A stretch of 32,000 bases of DNA from Erysipelotrichaceae bacterium (GTDB lineage: Bacteria; Bacillota_I; Bacilli_A; Erysipelotrichales; Coprobacillaceae). Of this stretch, positions 25,768 through 32,000 are shown piece after piece (position 1 is the stretch's first letter; every line of letters starts with the position of its first letter). Position numbers and translations under genes: made by a program. The notes beneath the pieces are model-generated. The model did no database searches. It saw only the letters and a program-made list of their open reading frames with translations, and was not told the origin of the DNA. The stretch lies in assembly GCA_028698185.1 (NCBI GenBank), contig JAQVDW010000009.1, forward strand, positions 35,719-67,718, in the 5' to 3' direction.

Positions 25768-26301
25768 CTAAAGCTCCGGATATTCAATCAACTCGCAGTT
25801 GCCAGCGACATAGTTGAAAATCTCGTCATTGTCGCAGTCATGAAAATACGTGTTGATAGTACGGATAATGCCGCTGTGGCATACCAGCAAGATTGTCTTG
25901 TCAGGATACTTTTCCTTCAATTCATTGATGAAGTTGTAAACCCGGGTAACAACCTCAAAATAGGTTTCTCCCCCTGGATAACGGACCCCGTGATTTCTTT
26001 TGAATTCATAGAATTCAGGAGTCGATTTAGGCATCCCTTCGAACTTGCCGAAGTTGATTTCCGTCAGCCTTTCATCCTTGATATTCGGGCATGCCTGTTT
26101 GGCACAAACGATATCTCCTGTCAGATAGGCTCTTTTCAGTGGTGAAGAAAAAATAAGGTCGAATTGAATCTTCCGTAATTCTTCCCCCAACTGTTTTGCT
26201 TGGTCAATCCCTTGCGGATTCAATGAAGCATCAGTGATTCCACAAATAATTTCTTCTGTATTTGCCGTCGTTTGACCATGACGTGCTACGTATAATTTCA
26301 T
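25768..26301 (-). CDS. histidine phosphatase family protein (PGAM/CobC-like)
   Basis: Motifs RHGQT and CHSG. I set the start at MKLYVARHG (177 aa). The stop abuts the murE ATG. Confidence 0.85.
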   Translation of the reverse strand: MKLYVARHGQTTANTEEIICGITDASLNPQGIDQAKQLGEELRKIQFDLIFSSPLKRAYLTGDIVCAKQACPNIKDERLTEINFGKFEGMPKSTPEFYEFKRNHGVRYPGGETYFEVVTRVYNFINELKEKYPDKTILLVCHSGIIRTINTYFHDCDNDEIFNYVAGNCELIEYPEL

Positions 26302-26392
26302 TCTCATCACCCACTTGATATTGTAACATATTAAGACAAAAAAATTAATACGCAAAACAAAGTTAAGCCAAATTAAAGGGATGACGCACCCG

Positions 26393-27409
26393 TCATCCCA
26401 AGTTGAAATTGAAAATATTGAATTTTTCATCGAATTTTACAAGCACAACGTCCAGGCCGGATTCCTCGCGGGTTCTAGAAGCATAGACCATCAGGTTGTT
26501 GCAGTCATGAATATCCCCCAGCAGGCCCGTCATCTCCTTGACATGGATATAGTGATCGAGATGCTCAAGCCCGGCAAACTCCAACAGATACCGGTACTCC
26601 TTGAACACCAGGCGCAAACGATGGTAGCCAGTCAAATCGAATCTGCCACTTTTGAACAGGCTGAAATAGCCTTCAAGATTCGTCTGGATTTCCAATATTT
26701 TGACGCGGTTGACCTTGTTGAAGTTATAGCTGGAAACATCACCCTTAACATTGTCAATCGCCTCAACCAGGACTTCCTTGTCCAGCAGCCGCTCCAGCTT
26801 GGCTAAGAATTTTTTTCTTGAGATCAATCGGGCGCATTTGGCCGATTCCTTCTTTCTAAGCTTTCTCAAGCTCTTTTGACCGGACAGCTCCATGACAACA
26901 TCGAGGTCGCGGACCCGGCCAAGCCGCCTGAACAGCGCCGCTAGCTGTTTTACGGCCTTTGTCGTTGCGGGACTCATATAGGTTCCATAGCACTTGGCGA
27001 TAACGCGGATCTTTTTGATCGCCACCCGCAAGTCATGCACGTTTTCAACAGCCAAATCACCGGCAAGAAGATCTAGAACTTCAACAATCCGCTCCTTTAG
27101 ATAAAGCTCGAGCCGGGCGTTGATCAGATTGTCAAAGCGGATTTCCACTGGAGCGGATTCCACTTTTGCATCATCAACTTCGCCTCCGGTACCCCCCATA
27201 TCGAAAAAACGATCGGGATCCAGGAAATATCTTTGCAGATCACGGCGGATTACAGCCCGGGTTGCGATTGCCGCATAACGGTCGTCAGCTTTTCGGGCAT
27301 AGAAATACTCCCTTGCCTGCTGCAAATCATGAACGTTGATGCCAATCTCCTGCTCGAAACGATTGAAAGATAACAAATCATCCAATACAACCACCACCTT
27401 CGCTTCCAT
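26393..27409 (-). CDS. CHAD-domain protein
   Basis: 338 aa with CHAD signature helices VHDLRVAIKKIRV, LGRVRDLDVV, YHRLRLVFKEYRYLLEF and LLGDIHDCN. Confidence 0.8.
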   Translation of the reverse strand: MEAKVVVVLDDLLSFNRFEQEIGINVHDLQQAREYFYARKADDRYAAIATRAVIRRDLQRYFLDPDRFFDMGGTGGEVDDAKVESAPVEIRFDNLINARLELYLKERIVEVLDLLAGDLAVENVHDLRVAIKKIRVIAKCYGTYMSPATTKAVKQLAALFRRLGRVRDLDVVMELSGQKSLRKLRKKESAKCARLISRKKFLAKLERLLDKEVLVEAIDNVKGDVSSYNFNKVNRVKILEIQTNLEGYFSLFKSGRFDLTGYHRLRLVFKEYRYLLEFAGLEHLDHYIHVKEMTGLLGDIHDCNNLMVYASRTREESGLDVVLVKFDEKFNIFNFNLG

Positions 27410-27445
27410 TTTACCACTTATTATCGCGGTTTTTAAGCTTTTATC

Positions 27446-29677
27446 TCAAAAACCCAAGGCTTTAAGCAAGTATTCCTCGACCTTGCGGTTTTTCCCCTGG
27501 TAGGGATAGTTGTGGATATGGATTGCCGGGTTGAAATTGATCTCGATTATGCTGTAATCATCCTGGGCAAGATCGGGTATGATCATATCCACCCCGCAAA
27601 TCTTGGCCCCGGCTGCCCGGGCGGCCTTTATCGCCACTTCCTTGTGGAAATTCTTGACATCATCCGTAAAATCGATGCTAACGCCCCCGGTCGAGATGTT
27701 TGAATTCTCACGCAAGACAACTTCCCGGCCGATGGCTGCGACACTGTCGACAGTCAATCCCGAAGAGGCAAGAACCTGGGTTTCGATTGGGCCGATCTTG
27801 ATTTTTTGAAGAGGTTTCCTGTAATTTTCCCCACGCAGGGGATTTTCATTCTCCTTGGCGACCAGCTCCTTGATCGTTGAAATCCCATCGCCAACCACAT
27901 GGGCGTTTTTTCGATGCAATACCCCGACGACCTGATCATCGACAACCAGGAAACGGTATTCCTTGCCAGCGACAAAGTCCTCGATCAGAACCTCGCTGTC
28001 CTCTTTAAATGCGTGGTCCAAAGCATTATTGAAATCGTCCTGGCCAAAGCCCTGCTCGAAAATCGAGATGCCCAAACCGAAATTGGTCGACCTTGGCTTG
28101 ATGACAATCGCCTTTGCCTTGACCTTGTCATAGCTTGATTTTGCGCTTGCAATATCACAGAAGTTCAGCGATGCCGGTGTCTCCAGGCCGGCACGGCCAA
28201 GAACATGCTTCGAGACAATCTTGTTTTCCATGATCAAGAATGTCATGTAGCTATCAAGACTTGTCTTGGTTGCCTGTTTGACATATTGATGGTTGACACG
28301 ATCGAAAATCTCAATGAAGTTGTCGGACCGGTCGACATATCCGACTCCCAACCCTTTCTTGTACGCCCCTTTGATCAGGATCTGGGTTGACAGTTCCAGC
28401 CCTTCACCGCCAACCAATCCATAGCTGGCAAGCGACTCCTCAAAGAACCTTTTGGCCTGGTCGAGGTTGAAGGCGATATATCCTTTTTCAAGCACCACAT
28501 CCTTGTAGCGATCGATATGGCGGCGATTGTTCACGCAACGTTGCTCGATGTTCTCGATTGCCTGGAGGTATGCAAGAGGCAGACCTTGCAAACTCGAGAG
28601 TTCCCTTTTGATCGATTTGTGCAAGCCGTAAGTCTTTTCATGGTAATCAAGACTGCCGGCCGCATCATTGAAGCAATCCTTGTATTCGAAATATTTCTCC
28701 CGGTCGAGTTCGATGTCAGGTTTGATCAGACAGTAGATCAGGAACATATGGAGATAGTAAAGGTCATCGATATCGACATTGTTGCGCACAAACGGGTTGA
28801 GATCGATCACCCGGACTTCCAGGTAATCGATTTGCTGGCGGATATCGTTACCCAAAGCCGCCTTGAGCCTGATCGGGGCATAGAACTCCCGATGATAGGA
28901 GATAGCCTTGTCTTCAATCGCCTTGTCAAGTGACTTGTGGTAGGCCTCTAGGGAGCTGTAATCGACAAAAAAACGTTCCTTGTTTTGGTACCCGGACTCG
29001 CTGTTGCGAAAGCTCACCATGTCCGGCACGAGAACTTCATCATCGTTCAAGACCAGATCGCCTGGCCGGGGTTCCTTGAACTCTTTTAGATAGGCGTTTC
29101 CTGCCCCGAAAAGACAGGGCAGCAAAAAGCTGTACCGGTGGAAGTTGCGGACCACATGGAGGTACAGTTCGTTTTTGAACTCCTGAAAATCCCCGTGGGA
29201 TTCATCATACAGTTTTTCCACAAAATCATGGGCAAAGCTGAAATTGAAGTGGATGCCTGAAAGCAACTGCCGCTTCTTGCCATAGTGTTTCGCCAGATGC
29301 AACCGGTAATTTTTGCCATCACTGCCATCAGGAAAATCCGCCGGGGCGATATTGTCGGTTGTTGTGAATCGCGGTGGCAACGACTGGGGCCACAGGTACT
29401 CGCCATCGAGACTTGTCGCCACAATATCATGAATATTCAAAAGGAAATCATAGGCCTCCCTTATCGAATCCTGGACAGGAGTTATCATCTCAATCTGGCT
29501 TTCACCAAAATCAACCGTGATGTAAGGATGGGTTGCCTTGTCGCCCAACTTTTCTGGATGAGGGGTCAGCGCCAGGTGCCCGTTGCGATCAACCCGGACA
29601 TTCTCCTTTTCCAATCCAAACAAGCCCCTATAAAGCTCTCCGGTTATTTTTTCTTTTATCAATTTTGCATAATCCAT
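27446..29677 (-). CDS. gshF: bifunctional glutamate-cysteine ligase / glutathione synthetase (GshF/GshAB)
   Basis: About 743 aa. The N-terminal half is gamma-glutamylcysteine-ligase-like (GLEKENVRV, GIHFNFS) and the C-terminal half is an ATP-grasp domain. The size matches Listeria/Streptococcus GshF. I chose the ATG at 29677, 6 nt after GAGGTG; the ORF extends to a GTG at 29686. Confidence 0.9.
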   Translation of the reverse strand: MDYAKLIKEKITGELYRGLFGLEKENVRVDRNGHLALTPHPEKLGDKATHPYITVDFGESQIEMITPVQDSIREAYDFLLNIHDIVATSLDGEYLWPQSLPPRFTTTDNIAPADFPDGSDGKNYRLHLAKHYGKKRQLLSGIHFNFSFAHDFVEKLYDESHGDFQEFKNELYLHVVRNFHRYSFLLPCLFGAGNAYLKEFKEPRPGDLVLNDDEVLVPDMVSFRNSESGYQNKERFFVDYSSLEAYHKSLDKAIEDKAISYHREFYAPIRLKAALGNDIRQQIDYLEVRVIDLNPFVRNNVDIDDLYYLHMFLIYCLIKPDIELDREKYFEYKDCFNDAAGSLDYHEKTYGLHKSIKRELSSLQGLPLAYLQAIENIEQRCVNNRRHIDRYKDVVLEKGYIAFNLDQAKRFFEESLASYGLVGGEGLELSTQILIKGAYKKGLGVGYVDRSDNFIEIFDRVNHQYVKQATKTSLDSYMTFLIMENKIVSKHVLGRAGLETPASLNFCDIASAKSSYDKVKAKAIVIKPRSTNFGLGISIFEQGFGQDDFNNALDHAFKEDSEVLIEDFVAGKEYRFLVVDDQVVGVLHRKNAHVVGDGISTIKELVAKENENPLRGENYRKPLQKIKIGPIETQVLASSGLTVDSVAAIGREVVLRENSNISTGGVSIDFTDDVKNFHKEVAIKAARAAGAKICGVDMIIPDLAQDDYSIIEINFNPAIHIHNYPYQGKNRKVEEYLLKALGF

Positions 29678-29697
29678 TTCAATCACCTCATGGAATC

Positions 29698-29725
29698 ATT
29701 ATAACAATCCCAAGAATAAAGACAA
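29698..29725 (-). promoter_or_regulatory. putative extended -10 promoter for gshF
   Basis: Minus strand: TTGTCT (29720-29725), 16-nt spacer, TGTTATAAT (hexamer 29698-29703). Confidence 0.5.
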
Positions 29726-29744
29726 ATCATATAACCTTTAAAAA

Positions 29745-29765
29745 GAAAAAACGCCCGAAGGCGTT
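29745..29765 (-). terminator. rho-independent terminator after the hybrid kinase gene
   Basis: Minus strand: AACGCC-TTCG-GGCGTT followed by TTTTTCTTTT. Confidence 0.65.
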
Positions 29766-31432
29766 TATAGATAGCGGTTCAATGCATATTCGAGTTGCTT
29801 CGAATCTAGCGGCTTGACCAGGTGGTCGTCCATCCCGGCCGCCAGCGACTTTTCAACTTCCTCGACATAGGCGCTCGATGCGATTGCGATTATCGGCGTG
29901 GTGCTGACCTTCTTGTCGGAATTGCCGCGAATAAGCCGGGTCGCCTCATAACCGTTGACAACCGGCATATCCAAATCCATTAAAACCAGGTCATATTGCT
30001 TGTTTTTCATGTTCTCCAAGGCTAGGGCGCCGTTGACGACCCAGTCGACCTTTATCTTTTGCTTGTTGAGCATCAGCCTGATAGTCATCGCGTTGATATT
30101 GTTGTCTTCGACAAGCAAAACAGTCTTGTTGACATACTTGGGATTCACGACCGCTTCATTTGGTGTATTGACGATCTTCAAACCTTGCTTGACAGGTATC
30201 CTGATCACGAACGAGGATCCCTCCCCTTGTTGTGACGATACCTGGATTTCGCCATCGAGGAATTTGGTCAGCGAGTAGGTGATTGAAAGGCCTAGACCGA
30301 GTGAGTCTCTCTTGTCATAGGCGGCGCTCGTTTTTTTAGGGAACGGCCGGAAGATCTTTTCCATAAGTTCGGGAGCGATTCCCACCCCATTGTCAGTTAT
30401 CTGATGGACCAGGAATTCCTGGCCATCCTGGGTGCTTTTGGAAATCCGCCAATTGATTGTCCCGTTCTCCCTGGTGTACATGTTGGCATTTTCAAGGATG
30501 TTCACGATTATCCTTTTCATCGCCGTCTTGTCAAAATTGTATGTCTTGGGATTGAGGTTGTTGATGCTGACGGCGAATTCCTGGTGCTTCTCCTTGAATT
30601 TCAATGCGAACAGCGACTCGATCTCCCGGGCAAAATCGTCGATATTGACATTTTGTTCAACCGGTTCAACCAGGTTGGTTTCAATCCGGGCGATATCTTT
30701 GACTTCATCGACGATTTCCAACAGGTAGCTGCCCGCACTGGCAATCTGATCAAAATAAGCTTGCAATGTTTTTTCCTTGCTCAGGTTGGCTCCCATTTGG
30801 CTTAGCCCGATGATTGTGGTAAGAGGAGCTTTGAACTCCAGGGATATGTCCCTCAAGAATTCCGGACGCGAATACACATGATCGGCCGGGATCTCGCTCA
30901 AAGCGGCTAGCCGCTTTTCCTGCATCAGAATTTTCAAATCCTGATTGAAGAGTCGGGCCAGCTGGTTGAACGCCTCAATATGATTGTCATCAAGCACGAT
31001 CGGTTTGTCATCAATGACACACAGGGTTCCATAGAAGCTGTCATCGGGCCATTTGATCGGGACTCCCAGGTATGAGCGCGCTTCGAACAATCCTGATTTG
31101 TCATTGGCCCAGGTTTCATCCTTAGACACGTCACGGATCAGCAACAATTCATCATTCCCCATCACTGTTTCACAATACATCCCGTGGCCAAGATAGCTTT
31201 GCCCGTTGAGTTGATATGGATTTTTCGGATTTGACGATTTGACCGCGACCTCCATGACCCCGGTTTTTACCTTCATGATCAAAACGGCGCGGACTTGCAT
31301 CATTTTGGCAAGCATGTTGACCTGGTTTTGCCAGTTGGTTATTATTTGCTCGGTCAGTGCCGGCTTGTTTTTGTCGGAAATCGCAATCGGAACAGATTTT
31401 TTCTCGCGTTTGAGATAGACTTTAGTTTTCAT
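29765..31432 (-). CDS. cytoplasmic GAF-domain hybrid sensor kinase/response-regulator protein with degenerate H-box
   Basis: 555 aa with no TM segment and an N-terminal GAF-like region. The DHp helix reads FLRDISLEFKAPLTTIIG, with Leu where the phospho-His is expected. N box NILENANMYT, G1 DNGVGI, F IFRPF and G2 GLGLSI are present. The C-terminal receiver carries VEDN, LMDLDMP and KP. RBS is GGAGGT. Confidence 0.85.
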   Translation of the reverse strand: MKTKVYLKREKKSVPIAISDKNKPALTEQIITNWQNQVNMLAKMMQVRAVLIMKVKTGVMEVAVKSSNPKNPYQLNGQSYLGHGMYCETVMGNDELLLIRDVSKDETWANDKSGLFEARSYLGVPIKWPDDSFYGTLCVIDDKPIVLDDNHIEAFNQLARLFNQDLKILMQEKRLAALSEIPADHVYSRPEFLRDISLEFKAPLTTIIGLSQMGANLSKEKTLQAYFDQIASAGSYLLEIVDEVKDIARIETNLVEPVEQNVNIDDFAREIESLFALKFKEKHQEFAVSINNLNPKTYNFDKTAMKRIIVNILENANMYTRENGTINWRISKSTQDGQEFLVHQITDNGVGIAPELMEKIFRPFPKKTSAAYDKRDSLGLGLSITYSLTKFLDGEIQVSSQQGEGSSFVIRIPVKQGLKIVNTPNEAVVNPKYVNKTVLLVEDNNINAMTIRLMLNKQKIKVDWVVNGALALENMKNKQYDLVLMDLDMPVVNGYEATRLIRGNSDKKVSTTPIIAIASSAYVEEVEKSLAAGMDDHLVKPLDSKQLEYALNRYL

Positions 31433-31547
31433 TCAGGTAACCTCCATTGCCAACCCTTTTTGTTCATTTGTGTTACTGACAATATTGACATTTACATAAA
31501 TATATCATCTTATTACACTTTTAGCCAACAATTTAAGTTTTTTCTAT

Positions 31548-31570
31548 AAACATATGCCCGGCATTTGTTT
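31548..31570. other. near-perfect 23-bp palindrome followed by a T-run
   Basis: aaacatatgcc-c-ggcatttgttt has one mismatch and is followed by tttt on the plus strand. It lies in the intergenic region between the kinase gene and the tRNA-His promoter. Confidence 0.4.
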
Positions 31571-31651
31571 TTTAACCACAAACAGTCCGAGCACCCTTCG
31601 TTGCAGAAATTGAGACACCGGAAAAAAGAAATGAAAAAATCAAATTTGGAC

Positions 31652-31680
31652 TTTACAAGTGCCACAACTTCTTGTATACT
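31652..31680 (+). promoter_or_regulatory. putative sigma-A promoter for the tRNA-His pair
   Basis: TTTACA (31652-31657), 17-nt spacer, TATACT (31675-31680). It is about 20 nt upstream of the first tRNA. Confidence 0.5.
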
Positions 31681-31700
31681 ATTCATTGCAGTTAAGAAAT

Positions 31701-31777
31701 GGCGACTGTGGTGAAGTGGTTAACACACCAGATTGTGGCTCTGGCATTCGTGGGTTCGATTCCCATCAGTCGCCCCA
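31701..31777 (+). tRNA. tRNA-His (anticodon GUG) with encoded G-1 and CCA
   Basis: Hand fold: G-1, acceptor GCGACTG/CAGTCGC, anticodon stem CCAGA/TCTGG with loop TTGTGGC, T arm GTGGG-TTCGATT-CCCAT, then discriminator C and CCA. Confidence 0.92.
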
Positions 31778-31804
31778 TTTTTTTAATTGTATAAAGTCTA
31801 ATAT

Positions 31805-31881
31805 GGCGACTGTGGTGAAGTGGTTAACACACCAGATTGTGGCTCTGGCATTCGTGGGTTCGATTCCCATCAGTCGCCCCA
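31805..31881 (+). tRNA. tRNA-His (anticodon GUG), tandem identical copy
   Basis: 77/77 identical to 31701-31777, separated by a 27-nt spacer. Confidence 0.92.
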
Positions 31882-31894
31882 TTTTAGAACTAAC

Positions 31895-31920
31895 GATACT
31901 ATGAAAATAGTATCTTTTTT
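31895..31920 (+). terminator. rho-independent terminator after the tRNA-His pair
   Basis: gatactat-gaaa-atagtatc followed by ttttttatttt. Confidence 0.65.
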
Positions 31921-31948
31921 ATTTTCCCGATCACTTATCCCGCAACTG

Positions 31949-32000
31949 AAAAGAGATTTTGACATTGATGGTTTCCACCTTCAGAGTCAAAATCTCTTTT
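31949..32000. repeat. 15-bp perfect inverted repeat at the window edge
   Basis: aaaagagattttgac (31949-31963) and gtcaaaatctctttt (31986-32000), separated by a 22-nt spacer. It is truncated by the end of the window. Confidence 0.6.

Noticed and set aside
31631-31714. 27-aa ORF (MKKSNLDFTSATTSCILFIAVKKWRLW) upstream of and running into tRNA-His
   Set aside because: It has no convincing SD. It overlaps the tRNA promoter hexamers and the tRNA 5' end, so it is most likely fortuitous.
31659-31904. 81-aa ORF spanning the tRNA-His pair
   Set aside because: It is composed of the two tRNA genes read as protein. The internal repeat in the peptide simply mirrors the tRNA duplication.
1-32000. Search for CRISPR arrays, IS elements or transposases, integrases or recombinases, phage modules, toxin-antitoxin pairs, restriction-modification or other defence systems
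   Set aside because: No short spaced direct repeats are present, and no ORF carries DDE, tyrosine- or serine-recombinase, nuclease-helicase or methyltransferase signatures. All long ORFs are accounted for by housekeeping or transport functions.

Overview
This 32-kb window looks like core chromosome from a low-GC Gram-positive bacterium (Bacillota). By eye it is mid-40s % GC and uses the standard code: TGA acts as a stop and there is no sign of TGA=Trp. Gene order is Bacillus-like (lon-engB, cvpA-mutS2-uvrC, lspA-rluD, divergent rnhC). A helical-repeat gene directly upstream of tig-lon recalls, from memory, the Mollicutes/Erysipelotrichia arrangement; the taxon is not determinable here.

I support about 28 protein genes, nearly all on the minus strand:
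- Proteostasis and ribosome: engB, lon, tig.
- Regulation and transport: a LysR regulator divergent from a YeiH-type transporter, a CaCA Ca2+/cation antiporter and a P-type Ca2+-ATPase.
- Redox: glutathione peroxidase, bifunctional GshF and a rhodanese lipoprotein.
- Cell wall: murI and a DAP-type murE.
- DNA/RNA maintenance: uvrC, mutS2, an RNase HIII-like protein, dCMP deaminase and rluD.
- Others: a YfcE-type phosphoesterase, cvpA, lspA, a histidine phosphatase, a CHAD-domain protein, a surface beta-helix protein and a cytoplasmic GAF hybrid histidine kinase.

There are also four tRNA genes: two identical tRNA-Arg(UCU) copies 3.9 kb apart and two identical tandem tRNA-His(GUG) copies. Several clear rho-independent terminators and sigma-A-type promoters are present.

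I see no CRISPR array, transposase, integrase, phage module, toxin-antitoxin pair or recognisable defence system, so no convincing multi-gene novel system can be claimed from sequence alone. The most unusual items are:
1. A hybrid sensor kinase whose phospho-acceptor His is replaced by Leu, while the ATPase and receiver motifs stay intact.
2. An 86-aa stand-alone ParB/Srx-like domain protein translationally wedged between murE and the Ca2+-ATPase.
3. A 3.9-kb four-gene cassette bracketed by perfect 88-bp direct repeats, each containing a whole tRNA-Arg.
4. A tightly coupled LysR / 50-aa acidic peptide / helical-repeat gene string upstream of tig-lon.
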